Shown one piece after another: positions 30,005-39,096 of a stretch of 64,000 bases of DNA. Numbering within the stretch: position 1 is the stretch's first letter; each line of letters starts with the position of its first letter. The position numbers and the translations under genes are program-made. This stretch comes from an uncultured delta proteobacterium (GTDB lineage Bacteria > Myxococcota_A > Polyangia > Polyangiales > JAFGIB01). Location: positions 1,376,001 to 1,440,000 of the forward strand of contig CAVZVA010000010.1 in the NCBI GenBank assembly GCA_963778655.1, given 5' to 3'. Below the pieces are notes generated by a model that did not search any database, was not told the origin of the DNA, and saw only the letters and a list, made by a program, of their open reading frames with translations.

Positions 30005-32329
30005 TCAGGGATGGCAGCCGCCGCCCATCAAGCCTTGCACGGGATTGCCGAAGCTGCCGCCCGTACACGGCCGCGCGGCGTTGTAGGCGGCATCGAAGCT
30101 GTCGTGCGCGGAGGCGAAGTCGCCGGCGTTGTACTGCGAGACACCGCCGGCGTACGACGACTCGGCCATGCTCAGCGCGGACGGATCGACGCTGGCGAAC
30201 CAGGTGGTCGCGTCGTCGATGTAGAGCCGTGTGTTGCGCATGACCGCGAACGCCAGCGAGCTGCGCAGGGCCGTCGGATCCTGCCGGCTGAATCTGGCGA
30301 GGTCGTTGTCCGCGTTCTGGCAGTAGGGATAGGCCTGGTCGAACACCAGATCCGGACCCCACACCACGCAGCCGCGCAGGTCGTTGTCGGCTCGCGTGAG
30401 CCATCTGTCGTTGCGGTACTGCTGGAGCAGGGTCTCCACCTGGTCGCGCACCGCGATGATGCGGCACTCCCACGCCAGATAGACCTCACCGAGCGCGGTC
30501 GGGCAGTAGCTGCCGACGGTGTACGAGCCGTTGTCGAGGAAGTTGCGCAGGGTGGTGGCGCCGCTATCGGCGGTCTGAATCGCGCCCGCGTAGTTGGCCG
30601 AGACGTACTGCGACTGCGCGGTCGCGAGCGTGGTGAGCGCGGACTGCACCTGGCTCTTGGTCGGCCCCGCGATCGCGCTCGTGCGGTCGATGTACTGCTG
30701 AAACATCAACGTCCCCTCGTAGCTGATCTGCTGCTCGAGGTTGGCGACCGAGGCCGCCGGGTAGCCCGCGCTCTTGGCCGACTCGATCGCCGCGACCGCC
30801 TGTTTCAGGTAGTCGACGGCGGTGTGCGGATTGCCCTGCAGATAACTGCGGTAGCCGAGGTCGAGATCGTTGCGCGCGGTCTTGAGGTTGCTCTGCTGGC
30901 TGCCCGAGGTCGCCGCCACCGCGTTGACCAGCTCGTTGAGCACGATCACGACGGCCGGTGCCACGTTGCTGCCCAGCAGTGTTTCGGGCGACGCCACCGG
31001 CACCGAGCCGGCGTGCTGTGCCGAGCCCTCGTAGCCCGACCAGGAGAACGCGCTGGTGTACGGCAGCGGGATCGAGACCACCTGCTGCGGGTACCAGGCG
31101 CCGGTCACCAGATCGAGCTTGCCGTTCTTGTCGGTGTCGCCCACCACCGGTGGCGGAAACAGCCCGGCGTTGCTGTCGTCGTAGTGGTCGAGCACGTTGA
31201 GCTGCGAATCCAGGATCGAGGTCGACGACAGCGTCGAGGTCACGATCTCCATGCGCCCGTCGAAGTCGATGTCGACGAAACCCGGCGTGCTCCAGCTGTC
31301 GGCGCCGAGGGACTTCTGCGCCAGCACCGCGCCGTCGGCGGCGCGCAGCTGGACCAGGGTGCCGTCGAGCGCCTGCACGAAGATCTCGGGCTTGCCGTCG
31401 CCGTCGGTGTCGGCGGCGGCAGGGCTGGTGTACATCAGCTGGTCGGCCGTGATCGGGGTGCGCCACAGCACGCTGCCGTCGGTGTCGAGCGCCAACACTG
31501 CGGCTGGCCCCGGATAGCCAGCCATCGCGCCCACGATCTCGAGCTGGGGGTCGGCGTCCAGGTTCATCAGCATCGGCCCGCTGCCGTAGAAGTAGTTCTC
31601 GTAGGTCGCGTACAAGTTGGGCGCGACCCACTGCTCGGTGCCATCCTCGGCGTTGAGCACGTAGATGCCGCCGCGCTGGGCGCCGCCGATCACCAGCTCC
31701 GGCTTCTTGTCGCCGTCGATGTCGCCGAGCGCGGCGTGGCCGAACGGCCAGTCTCCGTGCGCATCGTAGAGATCGTAGCTCCAGGCAGCCGCGCCCGACG
31801 GTCCGTAGACCGCTTGCACCTCGCCCGCGGAGCTTACGACGATCAGATCGTCATAGCCGTCGCCGTTGATGTCGGCGACGACCGGGCCGCCGTTGGTCAT
31901 CGACGGGTACCAGAGCGGACCGACCTGGAACAGGAGCGCGCCGCCGTCGTCGTAGACGTAGCAATAGCCGCTGTCCGAGACCTCGCAGAAGGCGACCTCG
32001 GCGAAGCTGTCTCCGTCGAAGTCCCCGAACACCGGAAAGCCCACGATCTGCTGCCCGGTCTGCACCTGGAAGCGCACGCTGCCGTCGTAATTGAGCACCA
32101 CCAGGCTGCCCTGGTCGGGCGTGTAATTGCCGGCGGTGAAGGTCCCGCCGCGCAGCACCAGCGCGATCTCGAGCCGGCCGTCGCCGTCCATGTCCCCGAG
32201 CGCGATGCCGTCCGGGCTGCCGCCGGGCGTCTGCGCCCACTTCTCGACCAGCACGTTGGCGCGGGCGCGCGGCGCGAACGCGAGCGCGCACAGCAGTGCG
32301 AGCAGCGCGCCGAGGCACGCGCGTCGCAT
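30005..32329 (-). CDS. secreted FG-GAP/VCBS-repeat beta-propeller protein with helical C-terminus
   Basis: Signal peptide ending ARA; repeated DxDGDGxxE/D loops (DMDGDG, DFDGD, DINGDG, DIDGD, DTDGDG, DIDFDG, DTDKNG). Confidence 0.85.
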   Translation of the reverse strand: MRRACLGALLALLCALAFAPRARANVLVEKWAQTPGGSPDGIALGDMDGDGRLEIALVLRGGTFTAGNYTPDQGSLVVLNYDGSVRFQVQTGQQIVGFPVFGDFDGDSFAEVAFCEVSDSGYCYVYDDGGALLFQVGPLWYPSMTNGGPVVADINGDGYDDLIVVSSAGEVQAVYGPSGAAAWSYDLYDAHGDWPFGHAALGDIDGDKKPELVIGGAQRGGIYVLNAEDGTEQWVAPNLYATYENYFYGSGPMLMNLDADPQLEIVGAMAGYPGPAAVLALDTDGSVLWRTPITADQLMYTSPAAADTDGDGKPEIFVQALDGTLVQLRAADGAVLAQKSLGADSWSTPGFVDIDFDGRMEIVTSTLSSTSILDSQLNVLDHYDDSNAGLFPPPVVGDTDKNGKLDLVTGAWYPQQVVSIPLPYTSAFSWSGYEGSAQHAGSVPVASPETLLGSNVAPAVVIVLNELVNAVAATSGSQQSNLKTARNDLDLGYRSYLQGNPHTAVDYLKQAVAAIESAKSAGYPAASVANLEQQISYEGTLMFQQYIDRTSAIAGPTKSQVQSALTTLATAQSQYVSANYAGAIQTADSGATTLRNFLDNGSYTVGSYCPTALGEVYLAWECRIIAVRDQVETLLQQYRNDRWLTRADNDLRGCVVWGPDLVFDQAYPYCQNADNDLARFSRQDPTALRSSLAFAVMRNTRLYIDDATTWFASVDPSALSMAESSYAGGVSQYNAGDFASAHDSFDAAYNAARPCTGGSFGNPVQGLMGGGCHP

Positions 32330-32370
32330 GATTGCGCGTCGTGTCGGCCCGCGCATGTCGCGGTAGCCGC

Positions 32371-32784
32371 TCAAGGCGCGCCCCTGTGCACCTGGTCTCG
32401 TAGCACCTTGCCGTCGAGCAGACCGAGCGGCGGCGCCGGCCGTCCGTTGGGCGCGCCGCGCGGCACGGGTCCCACGCCGAAGCGCGCCGGGCTGCACTCC
32501 GAGACGCCGGCCGTCACCGCGACGCACACGTTGCCCGGCTCGCAGTCGGCTTGCGACGCGCAGCGCCCGCCGTGCAAGGCCGACGAGAGCGTGGGCGCGC
32601 GCAGCTCTTGGGCCCGGGCCGCACGTGCCACGGTCGGATCGCGTTCGGCCGCCGGGCGCAGCACGCGCGGAGCCGGCGCGGCCGCGCGGGCGGCGGGACT
32701 CGGCGCGGACGCCACAGGCGCAGCGGCCGGCGGCGTCTCACAGCCCGCGAAGGTCGCCACGGCGAGGCTCCAGAGCAGCCTCAT
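32371..32784 (-). CDS. small hypothetical lipoprotein with 4-Cys motif
   Basis: Lipobox FAGC; CASQADCEPGNVCV...EC. Confidence 0.65.
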   Translation of the reverse strand: MRLLWSLAVATFAGCETPPAAAPVASAPSPAARAAAPAPRVLRPAAERDPTVARAARAQELRAPTLSSALHGGRCASQADCEPGNVCVAVTAGVSECSPARFGVGPVPRGAPNGRPAPPLGLLDGKVLRDQVHRGAP

Positions 32785-32812
32785 CCGTCGTGAATGGGGT
32801 GCCACCATCAAT

Positions 32813-32832
32813 GCATTATTACTGTATAATGC
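32813..32832. promoter_or_regulatory. AT-rich palindromic operator candidate
   Basis: GCATTAT-TACTGT-ATAATGC, a perfect 7-6-7 inverted repeat 29 bp upstream of the 32784 start. Confidence 0.5.
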
Positions 32833-32835
32833 TTT

Positions 32836-34218
32836 TTACATTGGAACAATCTCGGATGGCGTCGGGCTGCCGGCAAAGGGCCCTTGGCCCCAGCACAGCC
32901 CGGCTCCGAGCGGGTCCACCGCGCAGCTCGCCAGCGTTCCGGCGCTCACGTCGCGGAAGCCGGGGTCGGGCGCGACGTCGGTGGGACTCGCCAGCACGAG
33001 GCCGGGCACGCCGAGCTGCGCGCTCTCGTCGTTGCCGAAGCACGCGAGCCGGCCGTCGCTGCGCAGCGCGCAGGTGTGGGTTGCCCCGGCGCTGACCAGC
33101 GTGAACTCGCCGGCAACGATCTGCGGTGCGGTGGTGGGCTGTGTGTCGCCGGTGCCGAGCTGCCCGAAGTCGTTGGCGCCGAAGCACCACAGCACCTGCT
33201 CGTCCGTGATCGCGCAGCTGTGCGAGGTGCCGGCCGAGACTGCGGCGAAATGCGGGTCGCCGGCCACTTGCACCTGCACCGGCAGCAGGCTGCAGGCCGC
33301 CGACGCCGTGTTGAGCGTGCACGCATCGCTCGCCGCCGCTCCCAGCTGGCCCCGATCGTCGGCACCCCAGCACCAGAGCGTGCCGTCGCTGCGCACGGCG
33401 CAGGTGTGCGCGGCGCCGGCATCGAGCGCCAGGTAGCTCGCCCCGCCGACGACCGCCACCGGCGTGGAGCTGCCTTCGCCCGGATCGTTGCTGTCTCCCA
33501 AGCCCTGTCCGTTGCCGAGCCGGCCGAGCAGGTCGTAGCCGAAGCAATATGCGTGTCCGCCATCGTCGAGCGCGCAGGTGTGCCAGTCGCCCGCGCCCAC
33601 TGCGCTCCATCCGACCGCCGGCGCGTCCACCGCGGTCGGCGCAAGCAGCGGCGCGGCGTCCGGTCCCGCGCTCTGCCCGAAGCTGTTGCTGCCCCAGCAG
33701 TAGAGCTGGCCCGCGCGAATGCCGCAGCTGTGAAAGCGCCCCACGCTGACCGCGCTCCAGTCGCTCTGCGAGCCGACGCGTGCCGCTGAGGCGCGCGCGT
33801 CCGTGTCGCCGAGCCCGAGCTGGCCGAAGCCGTTGTCGCCCCAGCAGTACAGCACGCCCTCGCTCGAGATCGCGCACGCGTGCGTGTAGCCCGCGGCCAC
33901 CTTGCTGAAGCGCAGCGCAGGCGGGCCTTTGCCCTCGCTCTGCGGCGCGGGTTGCGGCGCCTGGCCGATCGTCACGCCGGCCGCCGCGTCGCGCACGCCG
34001 CCCGCGTCGCCGGGCTCTGGCGTGCCCGCAGCGATCGCCGGCGCGCTCGCCTGCGATGCGCTCCACGCGCCGCCGTCCGTCTCCGCTGCGCCGGCTGCTC
34101 CGGCGCCCGACCGGCGGTCTTCGCTGTGCGTGGTCGGGACCCGCGCGGCTGGGGAGCAGCCGAGCAGCGCGAGCAGGCACAGACAAGCGCGCAGGCTCGA
34201 TCCCGGAGCAGCGGTCAC
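32836..34218 (-). CDS. RCC1/BLIP-II repeat lipoprotein
   Basis: Lipobox LLGC; repeats of G.HxCA....LYCWG.N.FGQLG. Start approximate. Confidence 0.85.
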   Translation of the reverse strand: MTAAPGSSLRACLCLLALLGCSPAARVPTTHSEDRRSGAGAAGAAETDGGAWSASQASAPAIAAGTPEPGDAGGVRDAAAGVTIGQAPQPAPQSEGKGPPALRFSKVAAGYTHACAISSEGVLYCWGDNGFGQLGLGDTDARASAARVGSQSDWSAVSVGRFHSCGIRAGQLYCWGSNSFGQSAGPDAAPLLAPTAVDAPAVGWSAVGAGDWHTCALDDGGHAYCFGYDLLGRLGNGQGLGDSNDPGEGSSTPVAVVGGASYLALDAGAAHTCAVRSDGTLWCWGADDRGQLGAAASDACTLNTASAACSLLPVQVQVAGDPHFAAVSAGTSHSCAITDEQVLWCFGANDFGQLGTGDTQPTTAPQIVAGEFTLVSAGATHTCALRSDGRLACFGNDESAQLGVPGLVLASPTDVAPDPGFRDVSAGTLASCAVDPLGAGLCWGQGPFAGSPTPSEIVPM

Positions 34219-34351
34219 CTCTGCAAGCTTGCCATGGATGTGCGGGCGCACCCAGCGCGCGCGGCCTCTCGGTCGGCGTGCTTGCGCGCGCTGTGGGTCG
34301 GGGTGAGCGCGCCGCCGTCGCGGCGCGCGATGTGCGTGATACGATCGCAAG

Positions 34352-36493
34352 GTGCGGCACAGCACGCCGAGCAGCGACGCAACCGGTGCCGAGCCGCTGT
34401 GCTGGTTGCCGTGGTTGTTGTTGTGCGCCGCCGCGGTCGTGCTCGCCTTCGGCGTGGCCGCCGGACCGCAGCTCTACGACCCCGGCGAGCTGACCGCGGC
34501 GGCGCTGGGCCTGGGCGGCTCGCACCCGCCGGGCCAGACCTTGCACGCGCTGCTCGCGCACGTGCTGTTTCGCTTGCCGCTCGGGCCGATTCCGGCGCGG
34601 CTCGGGCTGCTGAGCGCGGGCTGCACGCTGTTCGCCGCCGGGCTGGCCGGCCAGCTGTGCCAGGAGCTGTGCGCCGAGCTCGGGTTGCGCGCGGGGGTGG
34701 TGCCGGCGCTGTGCAGGAGCGCGGCCGTGCTCGGCTTGCTGCTCTCGCCGGTGGTGCTGCGGCAGAGCTTGCGCGTCGAGGTGTACGCGCTTTCGCTGCT
34801 GTTGTTCGTGGCCGCGGCGTTGCTGCTGCTGCGCTGGGCGCGTGACGCGCGCGCCGGCTACCTGTGGGCCGCCGCGTGCCTGGCCGGGCTCGCGATGTGT
34901 ACGCATCCGCCCTGCGGGCTGGCGATCGCGCTGACGGCCGCGTGCCTGGGCGCGCTGCAGCCGCGGCGGCTGCTCGGCCGGCCGCGCGTGGTGCTGGGCG
35001 CGGTCGCCGCGGGTCTGCTGTTCTTGCTGACGCTGCTGTACCTGCCGCTGCGGGCACGCGCCGGCGCCGCCATGTGGGGCACCCCGCAAACGCTTTCCGG
35101 CTTCGTGCGCTACGTGTCCGCGCAGGCGTACATGTTCAACGTCACGCGGGGCAGCCACCTTGGATTTGCGCTGGCCTACGCGGGCTACCTGCTGCGGGTC
35201 ACCGCCGGCGCGCCCGTGATCGGCGCGCTGCTGTTGCTCTCGGCGCAGCGCGGCTGCCGGCGCCCGCTGGTGGCCGGCTGCGTGCTCGCCGTGGCCGCCG
35301 CGTTCGCGAGCGCGTGCCTGCAGCCGCTCGAGGCGCGCAATCCCGACAACGTGGCGTACCTCGGGCCCGCCTTGGCGCTGCTCGTGGTGACCGGTGCGGC
35401 GGGCTTCGGAGCCGTGGTGGTTGCGCAGCGCCGGCCCGCCGGCGCGGGTGCTGCACAGGCCGAGCGCGTAGGTTTCTCGAGGGCGGTATGGCGTGCCCTC
35501 GCGCTGCTCGGGTTGGCCTGCGTCGCGCTGCCGTGGACCACGCTGCCGCAACTGCCCGCGCACCTGCGCGGCGACGTGCCCGCGCTCGAGACGCTGACCG
35601 CTGCCCTGGTCGAGGCGCCGCCGCCGCGCACGCTGGTAGTCGCGGGCTCGGAGCTGACCGCCGCTGCCTGGACGATGGCCAAGGCGGTGGACGGAGCGCG
35701 ACCGGACGTCGCCCTGTTCGCCACCGGCCTGGCCACCTCGTCGTGGCACTGGGCGCAGCTCGCCAAGCACCCGGGGTTGAGCGGGCGCCCGCGGCGCGCA
35801 GCCGGGCGCGACGCCCACGAGGGCTACACGCGCGGCGCGGTGTTGGCCGCGCTGCCGCACGTGCCGGTCGCGCTCGAGCAAGACCTGCCGGGCTTCCCGC
35901 CCGGGCGGCTGGTCGGCGGCTACACGTTGCTCGAGAGCGCGCGCGCGCCGGGCGTGCCGGACTACGATCCACGCGGCATCGCCGAGCGCATCGTGCCCAG
36001 CCTGGCGCGCGACGTGGCGGCCGGGCCTCCGGGGGATGCGGGCGCGGCCGCCGCCGGGGTGCGCGCGTACCTGTGCCGGCGCGCGCGGCGCTTGCTGCGG
36101 CTCGGCCGCAGCCGCGAGGCGCTGCACAGCACGGCGCTCGCGCTGTGGCAGCTAGCGCCGGCCGAGCGCGCGTTGCTGCACGTCTCGCACGACGTGCCGG
36201 CGGCGCGCCTGCCGCCCGTGTTCGACGACCGCGCCAGCTACGAGCTGTCGCTGGAAGACGCCGTGCGGGAGGCAGCCGCCGAGCTGTGGGCGCTCTCCGC
36301 GCGCGACGCCGCGCGCACGCTGCTCGCGCACCAGCTCAAGCGCGGCGATCCGCACGCGCTGCTGCAACTCGCGCTGCTGCTGTCTGCCGGGGGCGATCGG
36401 CACGCCGCGCTGCAGCTGCTCGCCAGCGTCGAGCGCGAGCTGCCGCGGCTGCGCTCCGATGTGGGCGCGGTGCGGGCCGCGCTGCGGCCGTGA
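34352..36493 (+). CDS. DUF2723 / TMEM260-like GT-C membrane glycosyltransferase
   Basis: YDPGELTAAALGLGGSHPPG, EVYAL, LYLPLRA, WGTPQT motifs; many TMs. Confidence 0.8.
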   Translation: MRHSTPSSDATGAEPLCWLPWLLLCAAAVVLAFGVAAGPQLYDPGELTAAALGLGGSHPPGQTLHALLAHVLFRLPLGPIPARLGLLSAGCTLFAAGLAGQLCQELCAELGLRAGVVPALCRSAAVLGLLLSPVVLRQSLRVEVYALSLLLFVAAALLLLRWARDARAGYLWAAACLAGLAMCTHPPCGLAIALTAACLGALQPRRLLGRPRVVLGAVAAGLLFLLTLLYLPLRARAGAAMWGTPQTLSGFVRYVSAQAYMFNVTRGSHLGFALAYAGYLLRVTAGAPVIGALLLLSAQRGCRRPLVAGCVLAVAAAFASACLQPLEARNPDNVAYLGPALALLVVTGAAGFGAVVVAQRRPAGAGAAQAERVGFSRAVWRALALLGLACVALPWTTLPQLPAHLRGDVPALETLTAALVEAPPPRTLVVAGSELTAAAWTMAKAVDGARPDVALFATGLATSSWHWAQLAKHPGLSGRPRRAAGRDAHEGYTRGAVLAALPHVPVALEQDLPGFPPGRLVGGYTLLESARAPGVPDYDPRGIAERIVPSLARDVAAGPPGDAGAAAAGVRAYLCRRARRLLRLGRSREALHSTALALWQLAPAERALLHVSHDVPAARLPPVFDDRASYELSLEDAVREAAAELWALSARDAARTLLAHQLKRGDPHALLQLALLLSAGGDRHAALQLLASVERELPRLRSDVGAVRAALRP

Positions 36494-36594
36494 GCACGCG
36501 ACACGTGGTGGCCGAACCCACATAGGCGGCACGATCGTGCAGCATTGCTGCGCGCGACGGCGCACGCGGTCGCCGGCAAGGTATCCTCTTGTTG

Positions 36595-37905
36595 ATGAGC
36601 TTGGTGCTCGACTACCTCAACCACGCCAGCGTCCTGTTGCGCGTCGGACCGCACGCCATCTTGAGTGACCCCTGGTACGAGGGCACGGCGTTTTCGGGCG
36701 GTTGGGGGCTGCGCTACCACAATCAGGCGGCGCTGCAGACCGCGGCACAAGCGAGCCACCTGTGGATCTCGCACTGGCACAGCGATCACCTGCATGCCCC
36801 CACGCTCGAGCGCCTTGCGCGGCTCAATCCGGAGATGGTGGTGCTTGCGAACGTGTCGGCCAACTTCTCCATGGTCGAGCGCTTGCGCGGGCTGGGGTTC
36901 TCGCGCGTGCTGCCGCTACCCGAGCGCGAGCCGCTCGCGCTGGGCGCGCGCGTGGAGGTGACGCGCTATCCGACCGCAGGCATCGACAACATGCTGCACC
37001 TGCGCGCCCCCGGCTGGTCGGTGCTCAACTACAACGATTGCAATCTGCCTGCGACATCGCTCGCGATGCTGCGTCGCACGCTGGGTCCGATCGATCTGCT
37101 GCTCAACAACTACAATCACGCCGGCAAGCTCTTCCGCCGCGACACGGCGGAGAACGAGAAGGCCGCACTGTGGCGCACCTTCGCCCGCGTGGCCGAGGTG
37201 CTCGGCGCGCGCTGGGTCGTGCCTTTTGCTTCCGACCACTACTACCGCAGCGAGCTCAGCCGCGACCAGAACGCGTCTCTACTGCGCACAGACGACCTGC
37301 GCGCGCGCGCCGCGCACAATCCGCGTTTGCTGCTGCTCGAGGTGGGCCAGCGGGCGAGCTTCGGCTCGTCCGACGACCCGGCGCAGGTAGTGCCGGCCAA
37401 CCCGCCCGCGGAGCTCGCGACCGAGGAGCTGCACGACTACGGGCCGTCGCGCAGCGCCGAGCAGCTGCTCGGCGCCGCCGACGCGCGCTGCGAGCAGCTG
37501 CGGCGGGCGTTTCTCGGCTTGTCGCGGCTGCTCGATCCGCTGCGGGTGGCGGTCTCCGATCTGCGCTCGGTATTGGTGCTCGACCCGGCCGGTCGCGCGT
37601 CGTTGGAGCTGGGCTCGCACGCCCACATCGAGGCGCACTCGCGTGCGATCCACGACTGGCTGGCACGCCGCTTCGGCGACGATACCTTCTTCGCCGGCGC
37701 GCACTTTGCGCTGCGGGATCCAGACACCAGCGTGATCGAGCGCTGGGCGCTCGCCACCATGCTCGAGGCCAGCCACTTGGATCCGCACGCGATGCTCGGC
37801 TACCTGCGCGCGCCCGCTGGGCTGCGCTTTCTGTGGAGCCGGCGCGAGGAGCTCGCCGGCACGCTGGTCGGCGCGCGTTTCAGGGCCGGGCAGATCCGGC
37901 TGTGA
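36595..37905 (+). CDS. metallo-beta-lactamase-fold protein (UlaG/CMP-Neu5Ac hydroxylase-like)
   Basis: NHASVLL, DPWYEGTAFSGGW, ISHWHSDHLH, NYNDC, VPFAS. Confidence 0.8.
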   Translation: MSLVLDYLNHASVLLRVGPHAILSDPWYEGTAFSGGWGLRYHNQAALQTAAQASHLWISHWHSDHLHAPTLERLARLNPEMVVLANVSANFSMVERLRGLGFSRVLPLPEREPLALGARVEVTRYPTAGIDNMLHLRAPGWSVLNYNDCNLPATSLAMLRRTLGPIDLLLNNYNHAGKLFRRDTAENEKAALWRTFARVAEVLGARWVVPFASDHYYRSELSRDQNASLLRTDDLRARAAHNPRLLLLEVGQRASFGSSDDPAQVVPANPPAELATEELHDYGPSRSAEQLLGAADARCEQLRRAFLGLSRLLDPLRVAVSDLRSVLVLDPAGRASLELGSHAHIEAHSRAIHDWLARRFGDDTFFAGAHFALRDPDTSVIERWALATMLEASHLDPHAMLGYLRAPAGLRFLWSRREELAGTLVGARFRAGQIRL

Positions 37906-37936
37906 GCCGGCGCCTCGGGTTCGGGCTCGGCCCGAA

Positions 37937-39076
37937 TCAGAAGCCCTTGAGACGCGCGAAGCGATCGCGGTGATAGGCCGCGTCGCCCAGCGTCACCTCG
38001 GTGGCGGCGCCGCGCTTGAGGTAGAGCCCGATGTCGTGCTCGTCGGTCATGCCGATGCCGCCGTGCATCTGAATCGCCTCGCGCGTGATCAGCTTGGAGG
38101 CCTCGCTCAGCCGCGCCTTGGCCGCGCTCGCCATCACCGCGACGTCCTCGCGTCCGGCGTCGATCGCGCTGAGCGCGTCCAGCACCACCGACTTGGCCAG
38201 CTCGAGCTCGCAGAACATCTCGACCGTGCGGTGTTGCAGTGCCTGGAAGGTACCGATCAGGGCGTCGAATTGCACCCGCGTTTTGAGGTACTCGAGCGTG
38301 GTCTCGTAGGCCTGGCTGATCGTGCCCAGCATTTCGGCCGCGAGGCAGATGGTCGCCCGGTCGAGCACCGGGTCGAGGATGTCGGCGCCCGCGCCGGCCG
38401 CGCCCAGCAGCGCCGACGCCGGCAGCTCGACCGCCTCCAGCTTGAGCTTGGCGGCGTTGCGGCTGTCGACCATCAGCGTGCGCTCGATCTTCACGCCGGG
38501 CGTGCCGGCGTCGAGCAGAAACAGGCTGATGCCCGCGCGCTCGCCCGGCTGGCCCGAGGTGCGGGCCGAGACGATCAGCTTCTGGGCGACGTGGCCGTCG
38601 AGCACGAAGGTCTTCTGGCCGCTGAGCTTGTAGCCGCTGCCGCTCTTCTCGGCCTTGGTCGCGACCTCGTACGGGCTGAAGCGCCGCGTCTCCTCGAACG
38701 CCAGCGCCATCCACGTGCTGCCTTCGCTGATCCCGGGCAGCAGCGCCTTCTTCTGCGCCTCGCTGCCGCCCTGCAGCAGCGCACCTCCGCACAGCAGTAC
38801 CGTCGACAGCAGCGGGGTCGGCGCCAACGTGCGGCCGCACTCCTCCATCACCACGCCGAGCTCGGTGTAGCCGAGGCCGGTTCCGCCGTACTGCTCGGGC
38901 ACGATGATGCCCGACCAGCCGAGCTCGGCCATCTGCTGCCAGAGCTGGGGCGAGAAGCCGGTCGCGTCCTTGAGATCGCGTAGCTTGCGCAGATGGCTCA
39001 CCGGCGCGTTCTCGCGCACGAACTGGCGCGCGTTGTCCTTGAGCATCTGCTGTTCGGCGTTGAGCGTGAGTGACAT
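37937..39076 (-). CDS. acyl-CoA dehydrogenase, small subunit of a heteromeric pair
   Basis: VPEQYGG, LSGQKTFV, RVQFDALIGTFQALQH, IQMHGGIGMTDE. Confidence 0.92.
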   Translation of the reverse strand: MSLTLNAEQQMLKDNARQFVRENAPVSHLRKLRDLKDATGFSPQLWQQMAELGWSGIIVPEQYGGTGLGYTELGVVMEECGRTLAPTPLLSTVLLCGGALLQGGSEAQKKALLPGISEGSTWMALAFEETRRFSPYEVATKAEKSGSGYKLSGQKTFVLDGHVAQKLIVSARTSGQPGERAGISLFLLDAGTPGVKIERTLMVDSRNAAKLKLEAVELPASALLGAAGAGADILDPVLDRATICLAAEMLGTISQAYETTLEYLKTRVQFDALIGTFQALQHRTVEMFCELELAKSVVLDALSAIDAGREDVAVMASAAKARLSEASKLITREAIQMHGGIGMTDEHDIGLYLKRGAATEVTLGDAAYHRDRFARLKGF

Positions 39077-39096
39077 CGTCGGATCCTCTGGTGTGT

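Noticed and set aside
32809..32836. dif site
   Set aside because: It has a 6-bp spacer, but the arms read CATTAT/ATAATG, not CATAA/TTATG, and there is no TTATGTTAAAT-like XerD arm.
29366..33436. 1356-aa plus-strand ORF, and similar long ORFs (27155-29977, 32819-36127, 12657-15233, 44976-47672, 57999-60470)
   Set aside because: Shadow or alternate-frame ORFs of recognisable genes. They are Arg/Ala-rich and expected at this GC content.
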